Shown: piece by piece, positions 22,956 to 33,931 of the stretch
Numbering within the stretch: position 1 is the first letter of the stretch
Layout of the letters: every line of letters starts with the position of its first letter
Assembly (NCBI GenBank): GCA_002269645.1
Contig: NIVC01000100.1
Location: forward strand, 868,001-932,000
Origin: Macrostomum lignano
Lineage: Eukaryota
Reading direction: 5' to 3'
Length of the DNA: 64,000 nt
Notes under the pieces: model-generated
Databases searched by the model: none
Seen by the model: only the letters and a program-made list of their open reading frames with translations
What the model was told of the DNA's origin: nothing
Translations under genes and position numbers: made by a program

Positions 22956-24701
22956 AGCTGGCTCATGCGGTGTCGCTCTTTTTTATAAATGGATTTATCT
23001 TTAATTTTGAATTCTCAATATCGTTTGATTTTAAAATGAAGCCTTGTGTTATTACGGAACCCACATGATATTTTATCGCGGCTTTGGCCAATAAATAAAT
23101 GAACTTCTTATAAATTAGGGTATTCTTCAATTTGCTTCATTAATTTAATAGCAGCCTGGCCTGTGCAAATGAATATCAATGTAGTGTTTTAATTTTTCAA
23201 TACAATTTTTTCCTTTTTTATTTTCAACAAAAATTACCAGCAGCGTCTAATGAATTAATTATTGCATAGAGCTAAACTTACAATAAATTCGAAGTGTGCT
23301 GAAAGGCGTGCTTTTGAGGAAAATAAGTCGTATTGTTAAGCAAGAGTTCACTCTAATAACAGCAAAGGTACCATGTTTACGAGTATTCCTTAAACCCGTT
23401 AGTCAAACGTAGTCAAAATTTACTTTTGACTGAATGAAACGTAAGGTAAAATACGACTGTCTACCAATTTTATATATTTTTTATTTGTGCGCACGATCTG
23501 CGTTGCAATGGCGAAGACATATGCTGCTTAGATTGGCTGAGAACTAGACTTTTCAAATCAAAGAGTGGTCTTTCGTATTTTCATTCAAGTTTCACTCAGG
23601 TAGTGAGGGTTAATACACGGAACCAGTGGGGTTATTATAATATCAACCAGCTATGAAAGTATTTAACTAAATGTATACTGTACCTAATTATAGATGCAAA
23701 CAATATTCGGTATTTTTTATCGAAATAAATACAATTCAGCGAACGAAGCGGAGGAAAGAAGGCGAAGGTGAGGCAAGAGCGAGGGATACAAATGATGGCA
23801 GAAGAGCCAAACTCATAGGGTAAACTAAACTCAATACGACAGTGATTAAAAACGAAGATAAGAAAAGGACGAATAAAATCAAAGGGCGAACAAAAACTAA
23901 GCGAGACAAGTCAGCCGGGTAGAGCAGCCCCGCGCAGCATATAAACACCACCAAAAGATTGGATTTGGGTGGCAAACAACAAACAACAAAGATAGCGGCA
24001 TAGTGTGCACAAAAGGTGCAGTGATTACCAAAATAATAGCATTCCTTTTTTGCCTGCCCAATTGATTTTGACGCAGCAGTCAAATGTTTTGAAAATGTTA
24101 AGCATTCTAAAAAATCAAGCATTCGTGATTTGTATTACTGCTGTAAATTTGCGTGCAGATAAGGGAAGATAAGGGAAAAGGGCTATAGAGAACTGATCAA
24201 CGCGTAGGTCGGAAATACTCGTTGGTGGAAAAGGAGCTATGAAGAAAATCAATTGCTCAAAATTGGCATATCAGACAGGTACGAAGTAGTTAAGATCAGG
24301 GTAGAATTGACAAAGAGTTATTTTTTCCTAACTATATTTCTATTTCTCTATATTTTTATGGTTCCCTATACTTCTCAATTTATAATATACTCGTATAATG
24401 TCTGTATTGTCTATACATAATCTATATTTCTAACTGTTCTAGGGTGCAAGCAAAAGTATAGGATGCTATAATACATCGATTAAAACCAACCTATTAGCTG
24501 GAATCACAGTTTAGTTGTTATGGGTTGCTATCGATTGAGAAGGTCAATAAAAACATCAATTCATCTGTTAGCTATTTCTTGTTAGAAAGTTCGCTACGAA
24601 AACAACTTTCATCAAAACCGACATCTAAGCTAATCGTACTTTTAAAAAAATGATTTTCATTTTTAAAAGAAAACAGTACCGTTACACGAATAAGTTTAGA
24701 T

Positions 24702-27700
24702 TTACTTTTGATTATTCGATAATTCAGTGAGCTCATTCCATCTTCTTTTAAGCACGGCCTGTATAGTCGCAGGAATTTGGCTTGACTGTCGAACTAGTCT
24801 GTTAAAAACAAGCTTTGATTCGTGGATATCGGAAGCAAACATTGCGGCAGTCAATAGCTCCAGGTCATCTGCATCCTCTCGTTGAGTCACCTCCGCAATC
24901 TTACTTTGAAAGTCACCGATTGTTCGCAGCTCTAGATTTAGAGCAAGCATCAATGCTTCAGAGTTGATGAAGAAGCAACCCGGCTTATTCATCAACTGTA
25001 GAGGAAATAATGCTGCTAAGGTGACTGGCAGGAATTTGAATACCGGCCTTTCGTCAAACTGAAAGCAGAACTTCCACGTGGAGTCATGACTGCGGAGATA
25101 TTGCCACACAACGTCAAAGTTTGCTGCTGCTGACGGCTTCTTAGCCCACCAGGCAATGCCTCTGCTTACCGAGTGTCCTCGACAGTGACTCACGATCCTC
25201 TCCGCGGTTTTTTGGTAGCCGAACTTTATACAGGCCAGCGCTTTGAGAGCCTCCCTTGTAGTAAAGGCACAGTCAGGAAGTCTGCTAATTAACAGTGCAA
25301 GATTCTCTTGAGACTGCAGGGAGCAATCATCTTTAGTGAGACGTTGAAGGCACTCTCTCACTACGTCGTAGATTTCTTCATACTTTAGAGGATCAGATTT
25401 TACAGTCAATCTCGGGGTCAGATTTGGCAAAATTTGGAATGGGTGAAAGTGAAATTTACCTGACTCGTTTATTGGTGTCAGAGAGCCGATAAATTGCACA
25501 AGCAACTGCGGTAGCTCTTCAATCACAGCTTTCAAAGTGCTTACAATTCGGCTTAGAATCTGTTCAGATTCATTCCGATTGACGCCTTTGAGGTACAGGG
25601 CAGTATCGCTGAGAAAAAAATGCTCCATAATGCGACCATGAGCATTGTCCGGCTTGCAGTTGCTCTCAGCACTATCATGCAGCATCTGTAGAGCTCGCCT
25701 CACGAGAATCACGAGATTATCCGGTTTCCATTGCTCAGGGGGCGTCTCCTCAACCATTCGGAAAGTGGTAGTCTTCACGTGATACGGCTTCACACCTTGC
25801 AAATTGAAGCCATCCGTATGGCAGATGACCTTCTTGACGAGGTATTTCAGGGTGACAAACAGTTGGCCTTGAAGAGTAGTAAGACTTCTAAGCATCCGTT
25901 TCTCCAGAAAGCTGGTGCTCACACGGAGCTCGTAACCTCCTTGTCCGGGAGAGGCTGCGTTGACTACGTGACATGGAGAAAAATAATTGGAAGAGACGTC
26001 ATCTTGCAATGAGCTGAGTACCAATTTGGGGATGTGCGATTTGGAAATCCTTTGCTGCTGAAGCGGAGCAATGGTAGGGTAGCAGCAGAGACGCGCTGCA
26101 TCAACTTGGTCTAAGGCTGGTCTTAGAGCTGTTCCATAGGATGGCAGAGCCGGGTTGGATGCTGCAATTTGTAATACAGAAATTTTTATTGTTCAGGTTT
26201 TTTCTACTAAGGTTAAATGTAAACTTATGCTATAGTCAAACTACATGTAGTAGAAATTCGGCGCTAGAAATAAGAAAGACGTTTCGCGCTTGTAACTCCA
26301 CTAAGTGGAAACTCTCAAGCTGTTTTGAACTCCAATTTTATGCTGCTACGCAAAACTCTCTCGATGTCATTTAGAACCTTAAAAGTACAGCACAAATTAG
26401 TACAAATTAATTAATATTTTTCTGAACCTGGTAGAAATTTTCATTTAATTGATAGTAAAAGATAAAGCAAAGTTCTCTTACCGAACCCAGGGGCATTGAT
26501 GTGACCGTTTTTGTACGCCTGCTTAACAATGGTGGCATCATCGCACTGACAAAAACCAAGTGGGTGATGCAATCGGCCCGAAAGAAGTGTCATCACGTCA
26601 ATGTCGGATTGGATGTCAGTTCTCCCGTCTAGACACTGCAGATTGTTGCCCCAGCCTTCGGAGAAGCTGCCAACAACGAAAATGTCATCATTGTTTAATC
26701 GTTTTCGAAGTACGTCCTGTAAGACGTCGGCAGCTGCCATTTGCAGCTTGGCTCGAGACTCCACGAATCCTGACTCAGTGAGAGCCGAATGCAAATTTTG
26801 GCTCAGTGTTTGGTCGCTTGAAGCGGCCCTGAAAATTTTTTTCACGTTTGTGTGCAAAATTTTCAATTTTCACGAACTTTCAGGGACACTACTAATGAGC
26901 ACCATAAGCTAACCCATCTAATCATTTTAGCTACCTTCCTTTCAAGAGGCTAATTTGCTTTCACCAATATCCTTTATTTCAACTACAAAAAAATTCAATA
27001 TTTTGTGCACTTTTGTCTTCAGTAGAAAAACTTTTAATCAGTTTACATGTTTTACTTACGAAAAAGCCAGCTCATGGACTCCACATCTTTGACCTTGTTC
27101 ATCACGAACCATCTCTTTGTTGACTTCAGATTGGGCTTTCAATAGCAAGTCCACAACTCTCTGATGGTTGTTCTTCGACGCGACATGGAGAGGAGAGAAT
27201 CCATTATAAGTTTGAATCTTAATATCTGCGCGAGCTTTAAGAAGCGAGTCCACAATCTGGTGGTAGCCGTTCTGCGATGCAATATAAAGAGGAGTAGAAC
27301 CTTCGACTTTCTCTTGTATATTGATCTCAGCTCCTGCTCGAATGAGTGTATTGACAATTCCAAGATGACCACCTTGCGTGGCTATGTGCAGAGGCGAAGA
27401 ACCATTGGCTTTCTCCAAAAGGTTGACATTGGCATTCGCTCTAATAAGAGACTTTACAACTTGGTCATGCCCATTTTGTGACGCAACATACAGCGGCGTA
27501 TATCCATCATTTTCCTGGAGATTAACGTCGGCTTGGGCTTTAATAAGCGAGTTAACGACTTCTAAATGACCATTTTCTGCAGAAACGTAAAGAGAAGAAA
27601 ATCCGCGAACTTCTTGAAGATTGACATCAGCTTGCGCATCGATGAGTGAGTCAACAATTCGAAGATGACCTTGGCGTGAAGCAATGAATATCGGTGTGCA

Positions 27701-28759
27701 GCCGTCAACTGACTGAAGATTAACGTCAGATTGCGCTTTGATGAGTTCTAGCGTGACTTGTAAATGGCCATTTTGTGCTGCAAGGAACAAAGGTGACTCG
27801 CCAGTTACTTGCTGGAGATTTACATCGGCTTTTGCATTGATGAGTAAGGCTACAACTTTATGGTGACCATTCTGCGATGCAATAAGGAGTGGCGATCCGC
27901 CTCTAATTTCTTGCTGATTTACATCTGCTTCCGCCTTGATAAGCGAGGAAACAACTTGAGGGTGTCCCTTTTGAGCCGCAATGCAAAGTGGGGAGAAGCC
28001 CCGCTTTGTTTGAAGATTAACTTCGATTTTGGAGTTGATAAGTAAATCTACTATTTGATGATGCCCATTTTGAGCTGCAATATAAAGTGGAGTAGATCCA
28101 TTGACACTCTCCTGAAGATTAGTATTGGCTCGAGCATTAATGAGTGATTTGACAATTTGATAATAGCCATTCTCGCAGGCAATGTATAATGGTGAGGCTC
28201 CACTACACCGTTCGAGATTAACATCTGCCTTTGCTTTGATGAGCGCATTAACCACGTGCAAATGGCCGTTTTGTGACGAACTGTAGAGCGGAGAGCAGCC
28301 AGTCTTCTGCTCTTGTGAGTCAACATTAGCAAATGATTTAATAAGTTCTTTAACAACTGAAAGGTGACCGTTCTGCGCCGCAACCCAAAGAGGTGCGGAG
28401 CAATAAATTTCGTCTTTTATATTGACATCGGCTTGTGCTTTGACGAGTAGTTCTACAATTTTTTGATGGCCTGCTTCCGAAGCAAAGTGTAAGGGAGATA
28501 TTCCACTGCCGCTTTGAATATCCACGTCCACTTGTTGTCTTATGAAAATCTCTACGATACTGATATTCCCTACCATGGATGCCAGATGCAAAGGTGAAAT
28601 TGTTTGTCCGTTCCATAAAATTTGCCGATTGATGTTTTGCGCTGACTGCAGGTAGCGACAGATGACTTCCACGTCGCCTGTCTTTGCGGCCAAAAGAACC
28701 TCACGGTCACTAATGAGTGCGCTACGATGCAACTGCTCTGCGTTGCCAAAAGGCTGCAT
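24702..28759 (-). CDS. Ankyrin-repeat / Mab-21 (cGAS-like receptor, cGLR) fusion protein; exons 28759-27060, 26828-26482, 26161-24702; 1168 aa
   Basis: Donor TC|GTAAGT and acceptor TTTTCAG|G (phase 2), and donor TTCG|GTAAGA and acceptor TTGCAG|CA (phase 1), keep one open frame. About 15-16 ANK repeats, then VGSFSEG...SDIDVM, DQVDA, LRVSTSFLEK and PYHVKT...W Mab-21 motifs. Confidence 0.85.
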
Positions 28760-29911
28760 TAGAAGCAGCACTAAATTTCGTTTCGTACAGCAAACCTACT
28801 CCGTCCATAACCGTTGCAAGTTGCTAAATTTTTTCAGGCAGGAAAATAGTCAAGCGAGCAAGTATCTAGTGAGAGAATTAGTTTTTTTCTACGAATATAT
28901 AGCAACTAATCTTATCATTTGAGTTGCAAGCTTTATTATTGGTGTACTTTTACTTGTACGCCGTATAGACTCACAGAGCAAGGCCAGTCCTTGCTGTACA
29001 ATAAGTTTTAACTGAATTGAAACGACAGAAAAAATTGACTCAGCATGTTATCGTCTGCTCTATAGAAAAAATCGGTGACAAACAGCTGGTATTAACGTCA
29101 GTATGTAACCATATATGCAGCACGTATCAGTTCAGTAAGAAAGACCTGCAGACGATTTCTAATGTTCTACACTCTGACTGAATGATTCTAGAATGTTCTG
29201 GACGTGTTAGGGGCAAGCTGCATACCCCAACATTGGGGGTATATGTCTCGTATGATCCAAAACCAAAATCATACAATAACAGTGATGAATGGCTATATGC
29301 CATATATTGTGCCATATTATTACCATAATTGAATTATTCCTGCACGGTCACGAGTCACGAGAATTACATCTTTATACGAGTGAACGTGAAGGAATTCGAT
29401 TGTCAAATGAGTCGTTGTGCAGCAATGCACAAAACTGTGAAGGAATGCATTTCTGCACCCAATGCTTTTTTCAGTGAGATTATACCGCAGACATCCATTG
29501 CTGCACGGAAAATCAGCCGACAATGGCTGATCTGTTGTACTTAATCTGTTGAAAAACAAATTTTGGTGAACAACCCAAAATAAGGTAACGTGCACGGAAT
29601 CGAACTCCGGGTGCTTTGAAACGAGATCGGGACTGAATAAGCGAGTGTAGAATAACAAAATTGCAGTGAAAATTAGTAGCTAAAGTGGACAGGCAGCTTT
29701 GCTATCGGGACTGCAGTTAGTTATGTCTGCGGCATGATTCATATTACAATATTTCGTACAAATACACATTGACGCTGCATTTGATTCTTAGAGAATTTTT
29801 ACTTTTTCTTCTTATTGTCTTAACAATGACTTTGGCTGCGCCGTAAAAATTCTCGCTCGTAAACAGGATGTCGACTTTGTGCACCTAACGGAAGTGCAAA
29901 ATTTCATAAGG

Positions 29912-30156
29912 CTTTTGTTATGAAACTTAGATCAGAAAACTTAATATACGGATTTTGAGCACACTGCTAGCTCGAATTGTGCGCTTAGGACGAAGCGTGC
30001 CACTGGAATAGTGAGCTTAAGCTAGTGTGCTACTCAAGCACTGGTCTTTCATTCAAAATGTGCGTTTACCCAACCCCTTGGCCCAGCAACCCTTAATGTC
30101 TCTCTCAAAGATAATTTCTATCTATTCAATTGTTATTATATTGCTCATTTTCAAAT
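29912..30156. repeat. 245-bp direct repeat, left copy (host DNA duplicated around the gypsy insertion)
   Basis: cttttgttatgaaac...ctcattttcaaat; no differences seen from 33566-33810. Confidence 0.95.
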
Positions 30157-30180
30157 TTCAAATTATATTGCTCATTTTCA

Positions 30181-33100
30181 AAAAAGCTGCTCCAAGTGTG
30201 GAAAGAAAAACAACTTCAGTACTGTTTGTAAGTCTCGATCCATGCACTACACGACTACTGGTGAGGAGGATTCAGATTCCGCCCAACAAAAAACAGACGT
30301 ACTGCATCTCATCGATGCGCTCAATTCGATTGAAGTATCTACGGAGACTGTGCGCATCAACGATAAGCCTTTCAAAATGCAGATCGACACGGGAGCATCA
30401 GTCTCCGTGCTCTCCAGTGCGCAATGGGCTCTGCTGGGTAAGCCACCACTCATGCGTTCCAATCGGCGCTTGGAGTCCTTCGACGGGCACGTCATGAAAT
30501 CGCTTGGTAAAGTGACTGCAACTGTGGAGCTATGAGGACGCCTTCAACCAGTGGAACTGATTGTAGTCTCTTCGGAAAAGACGTACGGGTTGCTTGGCCG
30601 CGACCTCCTCGAGTCTGACGGTGTCTTCCATGCCAGCGATGTTCAAGCAGAAAAGACTGCCGTCGAACCTCTGCCCTGTATCCGAGGCGTTAAGGCCCGA
30701 ATGGAACTGGTGGACGGTGCTAAACCACAATTTTTCCGCGCTCGTGCTGTGCCACTCGCCCTAGAAAGCCAAATCAACGCAGAACTGGATCGCCTCCACC
30801 AACTTGGTGTCATCGAGCCAACAGAGGGTCCGGTCAGTAACGCTTCACCAGTAGTGTGGGTAAAGAAGAAGGATGGAACCCTCTGCATGTGCGCGGACTA
30901 CAGCGTGCACGTCAATTCGAAGATCAAATCAGACTCATATCCCATTCCACACATCGACACCATGTTCTCCAAGCTAAAGAACGCCGAAACTTTTGCCACA
31001 GTCGATCTACGTTCGGCGTACTGGCAGATCGAGCTTGATGAAGCCGCGAGAGACCTATCGGTAATAAACACGTCCCGCGGGCTCTATCGTGTCAATAGGC
31101 TGCAAATGGGGATGAAGAACGCCTCCTTCATCTTCCAACGCACCATGGAATCCATTCTAGGAGACATCAAAGGACTGCTTATCTACCAAGACGACATTCT
31201 CATTCACGCGCCAGACAAACCCACGCTGGAGAAGCGCCTCGCTGCTGTGCGAACGCGTCTATCTGAGAAGCGCGTGACTATCAACGAAGCGAAAAGCATC
31301 AGCTATTGCGATTCGGTTTCGTTCTTGGGCTTCCGAATATCCGCGGCTGGTATTCAGCCCGATGATCGCCTAGTGGAGAAAATTCGCCATGTGTGCCCGC
31401 CAGCAAATAAATCAGAGCTCGCTCACTTTCTTGGCTTGGTAAACTTCTTCGGCCGCCTCATCCCAAACTTTGCAGGCAAAACTGCACCGCTTAATAGACT
31501 ACGACAAGCAAGCGTTCCGTTCGTGTGGTCGGAGGAGTGTTCCAAAGCGTTCGAGAGCCTAAAGCTGGAAATCGCTTCAGCGCCTGTGGTCCAGCCCTAC
31601 AGCTTGACAAAGGAACTGACGCTGACCACTGATGCTTCCAAAGGAGCCCTCGCCGCCGTGGCAACACAAGATGGCTATCCCGTGATATACGTGTCACGTA
31701 GCCTGTCCTCCGCTGAATCCAATTATTCTAACATCGAGCGGGAGGCCTTGGCTATTGTTTGGGCCATCGCACGCTTGAAGCACTACTTCCATGGCCGACC
31801 ATTCACAATACGCACAGACCATCAACCGCTCATCCGACTTTTTGGCTCCGGTTCCGGCGTCCCAGTGGATGCCTCAGCTCGAATCGGACGCTGGGCCTTG
31901 TACCTGATGCAGTTTGATTACCGAATTCAGTATGCACGTGGCAGTAGCATCCCACACGTAGATGCCTTATCCAGACTCAGATTCGATGACAGCTCATCAG
32001 ACGACAAGACCACATTCGAGACGATCAATCCAATCGCATTTGAATCACCTGTGATCGACGCTAAACGAATCACAGCGGAGATGGAGTTAGACACGCTCAC
32101 CCAGAGAATTCTCAATCGCGTCCGCCGAGGCGATTGGCGAAACTGCAGCCAGGCAGAAGCGCAGTTTAAAAAAGTCTCAAACAAACTAACGCTAGAAAAT
32201 GGATTACTCTACATGCAAAGAAGAGTCTTCATTCCACCAAGACTGCGCAAGGCCGCGTTCGATGCCATTCACGACACGCACACGGGCATGCATGCAGCGC
32301 ACAGTCTAATGTCTACCAGCTGCTGGTGGCCCGGAATGCAACAGGACGTTGCCCAGTTTGTTCGACGCTGTCCAGACTGCTGCAGGCTTCGGCCTCAACT
32401 CGGCCACGACAGGGATCGCTGGCCTCCATCAACGTATCCGTTCCAGCGCGTACACATGGACTGGGCATACGTAAAAGGCGCTGGAAACATCCTGGTCATC
32501 GTGGATTCCTTTTCCGGCTGGATAGAAGCATTTCATTGCCGCGATCGCACAGCGGATTCAGTCATTCAGTGCCTGCGTACCGTATTCACACGGTTCGGCG
32601 TCCCCGAGCTGGTGGTTTCGGACAACGCCCCAGAGTTCACTACTGAAGTGCTCACATCGTGGCTCCGCGCCAATGGTGCCAAGAAGCTCGAGTCACCCAT
32701 CTATTACCCGCAGGCGAATGGAGCCGCAGAAAGGGCCGTTCAAACCGTCAAGTCCGCACTAAGGGCCTGGACTGAAAAAATTACGCACATGGAGTTTAGC
32801 CGCTTCTTGCAAAAGGTCCTTCTGCACCACAGAAACTCAGCCTCTTCGCGGGGTGGGGCTGCCCAGCCGAAATTCTTTTTGGACGGCGACTCAGAGTCCC
32901 GGTGGTGACCAACTTCGAACAGAGTGACAGCGTGATCTATGCGCCAAGCAGCTCCTCAGTCGGCAACCCGACAAAGTTCGTGATGACGGCAGGTCAAAAC
33001 ACGGCGTGGATCCTCGCTGACGATGGGCTTCGCCTTGCAAGCACGAATCAACTTGCCCCAATGGCCACCCGGCCATCGGAATTCGAGATGGAGGACGAAG

Positions 33101-33565
33101 ATGAGACTAACAGCGTGCCAGAAACCAGAAACGAGCCAGTCGCAGGGATTCAGACACCCGTGCCTGAAGAAGCCGTTCAGCTGAGAAGGAGCATCAGAAA
33201 CCGATCCGCTCCTGAGCGCTTTGTGCCTTAAACTGGTATCTGAGGAGGGTTGAGAAAAACGCGAAACTAATGAAACGACATGAAACGACTTCACTGTTCC
33301 AATTGACATCTTCTGAATATAGGGAGGGGCATGTGGTGTATCGCACACCGAGATGCACTATAGTTTATATAAGTTCAAGTTCGTTATTCAATGCCGTTTG
33401 TTTGCACTAATCTCCTCTAAGCATTCTATCGCTACAGTTTCTTCTATGGTAATTAACCCAGCCCAAAGTTGCTAGAGCTCACCTTCTTAATCTCTTTCAA
33501 GTAAGAAATATAAAGAATCTTAAGCTCATGAGTTAAACACTTCAGCCGGAGTTCAATTCACAACA
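30181..33565 (+). mobile_element. 5'-truncated Ty3/gypsy LTR retrotransposon: gag zinc-knuckle remnant, PR-RT-RNase H-IN, PPT and 3' LTR
   Basis: CSKCGKKNNFSTVC (CCHC with His to Asn), protease IDTGASVS, RT YQDDILI, RNase H TTDAS/EREALAI, integrase H-H-C-C plus HMD/SDN/AERAV in gypsy order. In-frame TGA at 30533-30535; frameshift near 32845-32855. Confidence 0.95.
33332..33565 (+). repeat. 3' LTR of the gypsy element (234 bp), preceded by a polypurine tract at 33320-33331
   Basis: PPT tagggaggggca followed by TGTGGTG...CACAACA termini. No matching 5' LTR in the window. Confidence 0.8.
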
Positions 33566-33810
33566 CTTTTGTTATGAAACTTAGATCAGAAAACTTAATA
33601 TACGGATTTTGAGCACACTGCTAGCTCGAATTGTGCGCTTAGGACGAAGCGTGCCACTGGAATAGTGAGCTTAAGCTAGTGTGCTACTCAAGCACTGGTC
33701 TTTCATTCAAAATGTGCGTTTACCCAACCCCTTGGCCCAGCAACCCTTAATGTCTCTCTCAAAGATAATTTCTATCTATTCAATTGTTATTATATTGCTC
33801 ATTTTCAAAT
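33566..33810. repeat. 245-bp direct repeat, right copy; ends 122 bp upstream of the TRP start codon
   Basis: Matches 29912-30156. Confidence 0.95.
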
Positions 33811-33931
33811 GGCCAATGAGAAACTGAGCTATTGTACCTTGGAGTTGGGTACGGTTATAAATCTCAAATTTGAACACAGACACAGTTTGAATCCAAGTTA
33901 CGAGAAGAAAATACCGTAAAAATATAAGGCA

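Noticed and set aside
26441-27056. Treating the ankyrin ORF and the Mab-21 ORFs as separate genes with the called starts and stops
   Set aside because: The called ends lie in introns; consensus, phase-matched splice sites join them.
29100-29700. Several short ORFs between the cGLR start and the 245-bp repeat
   Set aside because: Interrupted by stops with no recognisable motif; could be decayed coding DNA but cannot be supported.
29912-30156. The 245-bp repeats as the LTRs of the gypsy element
   Set aside because: The PPT is followed by a different TG...CA sequence (33332-33565), identity extends past the TG/CA positions, and there is no PBS or TSD.
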